From Negaprion brevirostris (taxonomy: Eukaryota), in contig JARDVH010000099.1 of the NCBI GenBank assembly GCA_030324005.1, positions 48,389,090 to 48,453,089 on the forward strand: a DNA stretch of 64,000 nt, written 5' to 3'. The number at the start of each line of letters is the position of its first letter. Within the stretch, counting starts at the first letter, position 1. Position numbers and translations under genes: made by a program. This document shows, piece after piece, positions 13,040 to 23,153 of this stretch. The notes beneath the pieces were generated by a model. The model was not told where the DNA came from. It saw only the letters and a list, made by a program, of their open reading frames with translations, and made no database searches.

Positions 13040-13930
13040 CATCAACGGCTAACAACAACATACATATATATAGCACCTTTAAAGTAATGTGGTGCTCCAA
13101 GGTACTTCACACTGAGTCATATAAGGAAATATTAGGACACAAACCTTGGCACAAGAAGTAGGTTTTAAAGTCTTAAAGGAGGAAAGCAACATAGGGAAGC
13201 AGAGAAGTGTAGGAGTGGCATTAAAGCTTGGGGTCTTCGTAGCTGAAGGAGTGGCCACTAATGGTAGAACAGTTAAAACTGGGTTGCGCAAGAGGTTAAA
13301 ATTAACAGAGTGCAGATATCTTGGATAGCTATAGGGCTGGAGGAGATTACAGAGATAGGGAGCGATGAAGTTATGGAGGGATTTGAAAACAAGGATCAGG
13401 ATTTTAAAATCAGGATGTTCCTTGACCAGGAGCCAACGTAAGTCAGTGAGTGCAGGGCTGGTAGGGAAATGAGACTTCCTGCAGATTAAAGAACAGATAG
13501 CAGAATTTTGGGTGATCTCAGGTTTATGGAGGGCAGAATGTGGGGAACCATCCAGGAGTGCTATGGAATAGTTGAGTCTAGAGGTAATGAAGATGAGAAT
13601 GAGCATTTCAGCAGATGAACTATGGGATGAAATTGGATGATGTTACAGACAGCCTTTGTAGAGGCACAAATATGAGGGCAGAAATTCATCTTCAGATCAA
13701 ATGTGACAGCAAGGTTGTGAACAGACTGGTTTGATCTCAAACTGTTGGCAAGGAGAGGGCTGGAATCAGTAGCTAGAGAATGCAACTTGAACCAGGGAGC
13801 AAAAACAATTGCTTCAGTCTTCCCAGTATTTCATTGGAGGAAATTTCTGCTCATCCAGCACTAAATGTCAAAAAAGCAGCTTGATAATTTAGCACCACAG
13901 AAGTAGTCAGGAGAGATGGTGGACATGACC
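13040..13930 (-). mobile_element. L2 LINE 3' fragment
   Basis: ORF 13079..13606: FITSRLNYSIALL..QNSA..ALTDLRWLLV..FKILILVFKSLH..APYLCNLLQPY, typical L2 ORF2 C-terminus; (TGT)n tail at ~13050. Confidence 0.85.
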
Positions 13931-14853
13931 TTACCTGCTGCACATACTACACTCCCGCTGCACAGAGGTCGGAGAATTTGGTGGCCAGCCAAATCTCCAT
14001 CCAATGCAGCGGGATGGAAAATCCTGCCGGCATGAACAGTGATGAAAATTCAGCCCTTGTGTGGTAGACTGGGTGTGAAAATTAACACTGTGCCTTAAGA
14101 TAATATTGCTGAGGGACAGCAAGCAGATGAGAAGCAGGAACCTTTTAAAGCACATCCCAACTTAAAGCAAATTTTAAGGTATTTACTGTGCAAAACTGAT
14201 TAAGCAATCTTGAAATGTAACAACCCTATTGCCTCATGTAATAGCAACAAGCTATTATTAAAATTAATCCAATCGCAGCTATTTGTTTACAAACTTGAAT
14301 TTAGGTGACTGCCATTCCTGCAATCTTGGTGATATAAATAATGAATATCATATGATTATATAGTTTTTGGTTCACAATGTAATACTACGCTGGAGGAAAT
14401 ACAAGTCTTTTTTTGTCAAATCTATTCACAGTTAATCATATTGATAACCTGATCTCTTTATGCCCACTGTAAAACAAATACATTATGTTGGGAAGTCCCT
14501 CCTTCAGTCAATTTTCATGGAACTTTATTTTTCAAAAAAATCCCACTGGGAAATTTTGCTATTGAAGTTATTAGAAATATCTCTGATATATCAGTAGCTC
14601 TAATACACTAGGAATAATGCAAAGTATGATGGAAAATATAAATGAAAAAATATATTTAAAAACTCTGTGACCAGTCTGAATGAGTATGTCACTACAGTAA
14701 CTGACTTCATTAGTAAGTGTGTAGAAGACTGTGTGCCAAAGAAGCAAATCCGTGTGCTCCCCAACTGGAAACCATGGATGACCAGGGATCACAGCTTGCT
14801 GAAGTCTACGTCTGAGGCGTTCAAGTCAGGTGACACTGACCTACACAAGAAAG

Positions 14854-15175
14854 TAAAAAGTCTGACAACACCAGGTTTTAGTCCAACCGATTTATTTGAT
14901 AGTAAACTCACAAGCTTTCGAGGNNNNNNNNNNNNNNNNNNNNNNNNNNNNNNNNNNNNNNNNNNNNNNNNNNNNNNNNNNNNNNNNNNNNNNNNNNNNN
15001 NNNNNNNNNNNNNNNNNNNNNNNGAGGCCAGAACTCTCCATTCACCTGACGAAGAGGGTGTCCCCTCGAAAGCTTGTGAGTTTACTATCAAATAAATCGG
15101 CTGGACTAAAACCTGGTGTTGTCAGACTTTTTACTGTGTTTACCCGAGTCCAATGCCGGCACATCCACATCATGT
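14854..15175 (+). mobile_element. Penelope-like insertion with inverted pseudo-LTR arms and 13-bp TSD
   Basis: Arms 14852-14923 and 15064-15135 are reverse-complementary at 71/72; TSD CTACACAAGAAAG at 14841-14853 and 15176-15188; ~40-nt 3' extension. Confidence 0.85.
15042..15079 (+). ncRNA. Minimal type-I hammerhead ribozyme motif (PLE-associated)
   Basis: TCAC-CTGACGA-A-GAGGG-TGTC-CCCTC-GAAA-GCTT-GTGA: stem I TCAC/GTGA, core CUGANGA, stem II GAGGG/CCCTC, GAAA, palindromic AAGCTT in place of stem III. Confidence 0.7.
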
Positions 15176-16524
15176 CTACACAAGAAAGCCAGATATGATC
15201 TAAGGAGATCCATCAATGATGTCAAAAGACAATACCAGACCAAGCTAGAGTCCCGGGCTAGCCACACTGACCCTCGCCAACCATGGCAAGGTCTGCAAGA
15301 CATAACAGGCTACAAGATGAAGGCATGTAAAATTGCTGGCTCCAACGCACCCCTCCCTGATGAGCTCAATGCATTCTACCCCTGTTTTGAACAAGAGGTC
15401 AGCGAGAGCATGCCCTCTACCCTGGAAGCCCTGGATTAACCTATATCTGGGGTCACCACTGCAGATGTCAGAGCAGCCTTCTTGAAGGTCAACCCACAGA
15501 AAGCGACTGGCCTGGGTGGGGTACCAAGATGAGCACTCAGATCCTACACAGATCAGCTGGTGGAGGTATTCACAGATATCTTCAACCCCTCTTTACAACA
15601 ATCTGAGGTCCCTATCTGTTTCAAGAAGATGACCATCATCCCAGTACTTAAGACAAACAAAGCAGCATGCCTTAATGACTATCGGCTGGTGGCTCTGACA
15701 TCCATCATTGTGAAGTGCTTCAAAAGGCTAGTCATGACATGAATCAATTTCAGCCTCCTGGACTACTTTGATCCAATACAGTTTGCCTACTGCCGCAACA
15801 GGTCCACAGCCGACGCCATCTCCCTGGCCCTGCACTCAATCCTGGAACATCTAGATAACGAGGACACCTATGTCAGACTTCTATTTATTGATTACAGCTC
15901 AGCCTTTGATACTATTATTCCTATGAAACTCATCTCCAGACTCTGTGGCCTGGGCCTCGGCACCTCCCTCTGCGACTAGATCCTGAACTTCCTAACTCAC
16001 AGACGACAGTCAATAAGGATAGGCAACAACACCTCCTCCACAATCATCCTCAACACAATTTGTATGGCCAAATTCCCCTCCAATTCGATTTTCAAGTTTG
16101 CTGATGACACAACCGTGGTGGGTTGGATTCCAAACAATAATGAGACAGTACAGGAAGAGATGGAGAATCTGATGAACTGGTGCAGCAACAATAATTTCTC
16201 CCTCAATGTCAACAAAATGAAGGAAATTGTCATCGACTTCAGGAAGCATAAAGGAGAACATGCCCCTGTCTACATCAACGGGAACAAAGTAGAAAGGGTC
16301 AAGAGCTTTTAGGTGGCCAGATCACCAACAGCCTGTTTTGGTCCCTCCATGCCAACATTATATTTAAGAAAGCCATCAACACCTCTACTTTCTCATAAGA
16401 CTAAGGAAATTTGGCATGTCAGCTNNNNNNNNNNNNNNNNNNNNNNNNNNNNNNNNNNNNNNNNNNNNNNNNNNNNNNNNNNNNNNNNNNNNNNNNNNNN
16501 NNNNNNNNNNNNNNNNNNNNNNNN

Positions 16525-16600
16525 GCCATGATCTTATTGAATGGCGGGACAGGCTCGAAGGGCTGGATGGCCTACTCCTGCTCCTATTTCTTATGTTCTT
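16525..16600 (+). mobile_element. CR1 LINE 3' terminus
   Basis: GCCATGATCTTATTGAATGGCGG..AGGCTCGAAGGGCT..ATGGCCTACTCCTG..TTCTTATGTTCTTA; near-identical to 51875-51957. Confidence 0.85.
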
Positions 16601-17159
16601 AGAACACAATGTAATCTCCTCTGTCATGGCTAAAATTAGGTGACTGAAGCCATGATCAATGAGCTTTCTTACAGCAGAAATAGTCTCACTCCAAGGACCA
16701 AAAAGAAATAGGCCAGAAAGTGACAGAGTAATCAGGCTTTGAAGGCTTGAACCAACGCATTCTATGGAGATCAGATAAAAACAATCTTTCTGGAGTTATT
16801 AAACTTGAATTAACGTACAGATAATTCTTTCCAAAATGAAGCACTTCCACCATCTTGAATATCTTAATTCCTGGAAAACTTAGTATACTTTTGAGGTATG
16901 TTCATCGCACAAGGTACTTTAAATGGCATAACCTGTCTATGTAGAGAATTATGGAGTGATCCGAAATCTATTATAAATACACCAGTTAAGTGAGAATAAC
17001 AGCTAGCTGCTTGTCTACCTAGAATATCTGGAATCCCCTGCTGAAGGCTTAAGCAGTTTCTGACTATCCCTGTTTCTCCCTAGCTCTGTAGTCTCCTTCA
17101 ACCCCACAGTCCTCATTCTGGTCTCTGGGGCATCCTTCACTTGAATTGCTCCCCCACAG

Positions 17160-17365
17160 GTCTTTTGCCTCCAGCTGCCATGGTGCAAAGCTCTGGAATT
17201 CCACCCTCTTTTAAAGATCTCTAGAAAAGAAAATCTATGCCTTTAGTCAAACCTCCTCTGGTTTAACTGCTCCTATGTGGCTCAGTGGGAAATGACATTT
17301 GATGATGCTCCTGTAAAGTACCTCGCGATGTTTTGCTCCGTTACAGCCCCTGTATAAATTGGATG
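17160..17365 (+). mobile_element. L2-like 3' end, decayed
   Basis: GCCTCCAGCTGCC..AAGCTCTGGAATTCC..ATGTGGCTCAGTG..TGTATAAAT, paralleling the reverse complement of 13060-13260. Confidence 0.5.
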
Positions 17366-17710
17366 TGTGAGGTTTGTGTCAGTGGTAGTGTCTTCTGTAA
17401 GAGTTGGTGGATAAGTATACCTTGTCCTCCACACTCAATGTGCTCTTACCAGCGGCTGCTTGTACACAGCAGTGGTCACACTCTGGTAACTGTGCCAGTT
17501 CGCAGGCCAAACCAGACCAAGGTAGCATATGAGTTGGTGAGGGAGGACCACCTTTTTCCAAAGCTGCACAGGATGCAAGAGACAGGGTGGGTGCAACAGG
17601 CCAGAGAGCTTTATGTCTATGCTGATCAATACAAGCTGAGGAATTTCTCTGAAACCCTGAAGACTGTTCCTCTCCCACACAGCTATTCACATGTTCCCCT
17701 TTCTACTTCA

Positions 17711-18356
17711 TAGAAAGAGTTGAGAGCTTCAAGATTTTAGGTGCCCAGGTCACCAACAACCTGTTCTGGTCCCCCCATGCTGACATTATAGTTAACAAAA
17801 CTCACCAATACCTCTACTTTCTCAGAAAACTAAGGAAATTTGGCATGTCAGCTACGACTCTCACCAACTTTTACAGATGCAGCATAGAAAGCATTCTTTC
17901 TGGTTGTATCACAGCATGATATGGCTCCTGCTCTGCCCAAGACTGCAAGAAACTACAAAAGATTGTGAATGTAGCCCAATCCATCACACAAACCAGCCTC
18001 CCATTCATTGACTCTGTCTACACTCCCCGCTGCCTCAGTAAAGCAGCCAGCATAGTTAAGGACCCCATGCACTGCAGACTTTCTCCCTTCCGCCTTCTTC
18101 CATCGTGAAAAAGATACAAAAGTCTGAGGTCATGTACCAACCAATTAAAGAACAACTTCTTCCCTGCTGCTGTCATTAGTTGCATTAAGTTGACCTTTCT
18201 CTGTACCTTAGCTATGACTGTAACACTACATTCTGCACTCTCTCATTTCTTTCTCTATGAAGAGTATGTTTTGTTTGTGTAGCATGCAAGAAACAATACT
18301 TTTCATGGTATGTTAATACATGTGACAATAATAAATCAAATTAAATCAAATCAAAT
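17711..18356 (+). mobile_element. Rex1/Babar-type LINE 3' end, separate 5'-truncated copy
   Basis: LYFLRKLRKFGMSATTLTNFYRCSIESILSGCIT; overlaps in homology with 16297-16424; ends CATGTGACAATAATAAATCAAATTAAATCAAATC. Confidence 0.9.
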
Positions 18357-18974
18357 ATGGAAAACCTTGTATATTCCAATTCAGGTGAATGAGAATCAAA
18401 TCCTGCCATTTAAAGTTTCTCTTGGATGCCTGGTTAATGCAGTTGGTTGGCACATTGTGCTTTCGTTTTGAACCTGAGGTTAAGACTGAGATTGAAAAGT
18501 TATGTTGAAAGGCTCCGCTATTTGCTTGCTGAAATAATTCAAAATAAATCAATAATAGTTGTGATTTGGAAACCATAATAATACTAGGGTGACATTAGGC
18601 TTCATGATCTTAATATAAAACACAAAATCATCAGATTTTCTGCTCTCGCCCCTACAGTGGACAGAAATATACACAATTGTTTATACCATTGGAAAATGAG
18701 ATCTTAGGAAATTTTGATCAGGAAGGTTACATGGAAGGTTAGATGCTGGATAAAGTAAAGATATCACATTCATACAAGTATACTGTGATTTTTATGGGAG
18801 AGTAGAATTTCTGAATACACACCTCTTGAAAGATACACCACCTATTATCTACATTTATTCGAAAGCTGGGGCTAACATGTCCATGATTTTGTGAGACATA
18901 CCATATTATTTACACAATGGCAAGATGAGGACTCTGAAAATCTAGCCTATGGACGCAGATCCCTCTATTCTTTA

Positions 18975-19250
18975 CACCTCTCTAATGCTTTCACATATTT
19001 CTTATAGTACAATACTCAGAACTGGACACAATAATCCAGTTGGGGCTAAACCATCATTTTATACAGGTTTATCATAACTTTCTTATTGTTGTACTCTATG
19101 TTCCTGTTTTTAAAGCTCAGGATTCTAAATGCATTATTATTAACTGCCCTCTCAACCTATTCTGGTACCTACAATGACTTGTGTAAATACACACCCAGGT
19201 CCCTTTGTCACCGAGCCCCTTTATAATTGAACTCTTTATTTTATATTATT
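18975..19250 (-). mobile_element. CR1 fragment, old
   Basis: CAGAACTGGACACAATAATCCAGTTGGGG..ACACCCAGGTCCCT, homologous to 1380-1580. Confidence 0.6.
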
Positions 19251-20419
19251 CCATTACCATAAAGATATTCAGATGGAACAATGGTGTTCTAAGTTATAAT
19301 ATCCATCGTGCACCAATGGGTAGAGCACTTTGATTGCCTACTTAATGACCAGTGGGTCATGCTGGAGACATGAATTGCAAAGATCTCCTAGAGGGTAGCG
19401 AAGCTGAATGAATCACCAACCCATGAGGATATCACGACTACCACAGCGCAATTAACATCACATACACCCCCCAGAATACATAGCATTCCAACTAAGGTCT
19501 ATAAACAGAGAAGAGATGCAATCCTTGATAGGACACTGGGAGGAAGGGACAGTGCCTCAGAACCTTGGTGATAGTCTCACTTTATGAAGAAAAGGGAGAG
19601 AGGTCAGACTGTTCAAAATATAAAAGCAGAACCCTTACTCTCCATTGCAAGTAAGTATCCAAGAGGGAACTGTTAAACTTTAACCTAGAACTTGACACGG
19701 TTTAGTATGAATCTTTTAGCAGGGTAATTCCCATGGTATAAAACTACCCAATGTAAGATGATAATAGGTACATTCACAAATTGGCTTTTCTAGTAAAAAT
19801 GGTAAGCAGCTGTATTCATGTGTAATCACCCAGACGTTCCCTTTAAGTTCACCAATTACACAATATTTTTGTCTGCAGTGAAACCAAACTTGGACTTCTC
19901 GCGCATGTACAAACCAAAGTAAATACACTATACTGTTTCTGGATGTCTTGCTTTTTGGCAAGCACTCAACTTCGAAACGTTTTAGCTATAAAATGTATTT
20001 TGCTTCAACACGCTTTAGCTCCAAAGAAGACAACATTACAGAGTAATACATATTCTGCATTAATATTACATGAATGATTTACTCTAAGAAATCATGTCCC
20101 TTAGTGAATTTTTAATCAAATGACTAGTCTCCACTAAAGAATATCTTAAAAATGACCAATAACGTGATTTTAAAGTTCTGACAATGTGAGCAAAAGGAAT
20201 TTTATATATAAATTAAATGGAACCAGCAAGAGTGAGCTCATTAGACACAAACATTTGATTGATAACCCATTGACTTTTAAATAATGTACATGATACCCCA
20301 CGATATAGGACATAGAATCTGTCACGTTTGTTTGCAGAAAGAGATTTCCAACAGATGGCGTGGATTCCGTCTTTGGAGTCCTTACGAAATTCTGTCATTT
20401 TGACAATGTAAAAGACTCT

Positions 20420-20760
20420 GCAACAACAATACATATTTGTATAGCGCCAGTCACATTGTGGAACTTCTTAGAAGTGCTTGGTCGGGAACATTGAAAAATG
20501 TACAATCAAAAAGAAAGGTCTGAAAGGGACTTGTGAAAAGGCAGAGAGGGGAATCATGGCAAAGTAGAACGAATCTTTCAGAAGATCACAAATGTTGTGG
20601 CTGAAAACTCGTGTTCTGGTGGCGGACCTGGAGAAGATAGGGGGCAGGTACAGATGAGAGTCAGTGCGATTGGTGGTTGCGAGAAAATACATATTATGGT
20701 TCGATTTGAAAATTAAGTTTGGAGTAAACAGAGAGACCGTGAAACGGGGTAGAAATAGGG
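20420..20760 (-). mobile_element. Very old L2 3' fragment
   Basis: CAACAACAATACATATTTGTATAGCGCC start resembles 13050-13080. Confidence 0.4.
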
Positions 20761-22887
20761 TAGGTCGTGGGCAACAGCTTGTCTAGAAGAGCATTCAAGT
20801 CACTGAACCCTGTAACTTTTGAAGGCTGGGGGACAGTTCTTGTGTTATGAAATCCTCCAATTTATATCCTCCGCCTCCCACAAAGTTGCTCTAATTGTGT
20901 GTTTTCTTTGCTGTAATGTTTAAAGTTTTGACAAAGTTCATCTAATGCATGTGTCAAAAGATCTCAATGGCTGGACGGCAAGGCCACAGAGATTTAACAT
21001 ATGTATGATGTATCAAGAACACCCGAATCCAATCTGTTCTATAGCAGATAGGTATATTGTTCTATCCTGAGTAGAAATCTCAACTCGGGAACTTCCCTTC
21101 AGCTCTGTTCAACCTTTTATCCATCAACCAAAACATTACCATTCAATAACCGGGGTGCAAATAAGAATAAAACATTCAAGTTGCGTTAAAATAATTATTT
21201 TAAGCAGGCTTTAAACAGGAAACTAATATTTTACACGTGGGGAGCACCAACCCAGCATATGGACGATTCCAAAGCCTTCAACGTTGTTGCCCTATGTGAT
21301 CTAAAATAAAACCTCTATTTATAACCTATGCTGTTTAAAGTCAAATTCACACCAGAAGAAGAATGAAATACAGTTTAAGTATTGTGATCACGCTATTAAA
21401 ACATATAAATGGACAACACCGAACAAAATGTACCTCAAGGAAAGAGTAGCTAAATTTCAGAATGATCGATTATCAAGAAGTGAATGTACAATAGACCAGA
21501 AAGATGAANNNNNNNNNNNNNNNNNNNNNNNNCCTAAAAAAGCATCCCTTACGTAGCTTCAAGACGTCAATGACCAGTTTCACTATGTTCCGGTAAATTC
21601 CTCAGAGCCGAGATAGGGAACTTCGAAGTGGGCTGGATACAATAACGAGACATCACCTACCTGTGTCAAAGATTCCCAGATTGTCAAATACCTTCGCTCT
21701 TCCCTGTGGGTAGGTCAAAGGAGAAGAGCTGAGAGAGTCCTGTTAGTCCCAACCCCAGAGCCTGGTGAATTTATTGTGGAACTCGGATCTTTCGCCGCTG
21801 AGTAAATGTACACAGGGCAGTGATTGAGCGGACAACACATTCCTTTATTTGTAGTCATGAAAAAAAGGTCAATTCAGTGATCATATAATGCCATTACTGA
21901 TCATCAAATGCCAGCAATATACAGTCAGCCGGCGGTTTTAAAATACTTTTCGTGTGTTTTAAGTGCATGAATAAGCCGGTAGGGAGGTTCAAACCAGCGT
22001 AAAGGTCAAAAGCCGAATGATCAGCGTTAGAATATTACATGGGTCATGAAGTCTAGTTATACCGAGAGCCCCCAAGAAACATCTAGAAAGTTCTATGTTA
22101 ACGGTGAATGAAATATTCAATTACATTGTCAGCTATTCGGCTTGAGTAAGAATTGTTTCAAAGTTAATTATTGGGAATAAAAAACGGAAACATCTTGTGA
22201 GGATTATATTGACGTTTTGATTAATGGCGCGTTTTTCAGTGTAGCCAGGAGTCGAAACTATCTGATGGGAGGTTAGAATGTAATTCAAGGGATTGTTCTA
22301 ATAATATTCTAATCATCCTTAAAGTTTTGCTGGAGTGATGTGTATATGGGAGAGATAGTCGATTGCGGGGTTTATAAAAGGCTGTCCTGCACTTTGGGTA
22401 ACAGGTCGATATTTCTCAAGAATAAACATCCCTGAGGCAGACTTTTAGATTCGGGTTTTTTTTCCCCTCAATTTGCCAGAATGTCCTATTCCAGGAATAA
22501 AACAAAACTGCTTTGTCCTGGAGTTTCTGTCCCCACAGTGGATTGCCAGCTTGGACTTAACTTCAAAAAGAACACCAATGAATGATACGTTTTGTATCTG
22601 TGTAAAAGAAAAGGAGCGCAGTCAGCACGAATGAGTCTATTATTATTTGCGGTTTATAAAATGAGATACATATTTTCGAAAACAATATTGTCCCGAAAGA
22701 AAAAAAAACTGCCTGGTCTATTTTGAGCAAGCTACCTAAACATTCTAGTTCCTTTCCCCTTCAGAGATGCCTGCTATCTTGGGTCATTCCGCTGTTCCGG
22801 GGGACATTTCTTCATTAGGATGCCATCCCTGAGTTTAATCAAACTGATGTGATCCTCTTATGGTGCGGGCAGCTCAGTTCCTTTTGG

Positions 22888-22906
22888 ATTGGGTCTGGTT
22901 GCATCA
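22888..22906 (-). promoter_or_regulatory. Reverse CCAAT box plus second, inverted CARE
   Basis: ATTGG at 22888-22892; GTTGCATCA at 22898-22906 is the exact reverse complement of TGATGCAAC. Confidence 0.6.
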
Positions 22907-22931
22907 TCACAAAGAAAGCTTCCCCCCCCCT

Positions 22932-22941
22932 CTATAAATAG
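22932..22941. promoter_or_regulatory. MEF2 site
   Basis: CTATAAATAG fits CTA(A/T)4TAG, 2 bp from the CRE. Confidence 0.6.
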
Positions 22942-22943
22942 AA

Positions 22944-22951
22944 TGACGTCA
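22944..22951. promoter_or_regulatory. Palindromic CRE/ATF site
   Basis: TGACGTCA ~40 bp upstream of TATA. Confidence 0.85.
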
Positions 22952-22991
22952 GTTGCCAGGGCTTGTAAATACCAGAAGCTCACACACTCAC

Positions 22992-22999
22992 TATATAAA
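22992..22999 (+). promoter_or_regulatory. TATA box
   Basis: TATATAAA(G) directly followed by the CARE site, as in the mammalian ATF3 promoter. Confidence 0.85.
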
Positions 23000-23004
23000 G
23001 GCAG

Positions 23005-23013
23005 TGATGCAAC
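23005..23013 (+). promoter_or_regulatory. C/EBP-ATF composite element (CARE/AARE; ATF4 response and ATF3 autorepression site)
   Basis: TGATGCAAC immediately downstream of TATA, the same sequence and position as described for the human ATF3 promoter. Confidence 0.85.
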
Positions 23014-23019
23014 CTCCAG

Positions 23020-23153
23020 CGGTGTTCCGCAACTTTCCCAAAAAGCGGACAGGCCGGGCCGCTGAGCACAGAAAGCGCCGCTTCGTTCGCAGCGAAGGAG
23101 CCCTCCTCCTCCTACACACAAACACACAGCGGGGCGGCCAGAGCAGCAACAAG
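23020..23153 (+). other. ATF3: ATF3 non-coding exon 1 (5' UTR); TSS approximate
   Basis: GC/CpG-rich segment starting ~25-30 bp after the TATA box, ending at strong donor AAG|gtaagg (23154); vertebrate ATF3 has a non-coding first exon. Confidence 0.8.

Larger units (their letters stand above)
14667..16424 (+). mobile_element. Rex1/Babar-type LINE RT region, degenerate
   Basis: [75 protein letters not shown]; in-frame stops. Confidence 0.92.

Noticed and set aside
22933-22940. TATAAATA as the main TATA box
   Set aside because: It lies upstream of the CRE and fits MEF2; the TATA at 22992 has the expected position next to TGATGCAAC.
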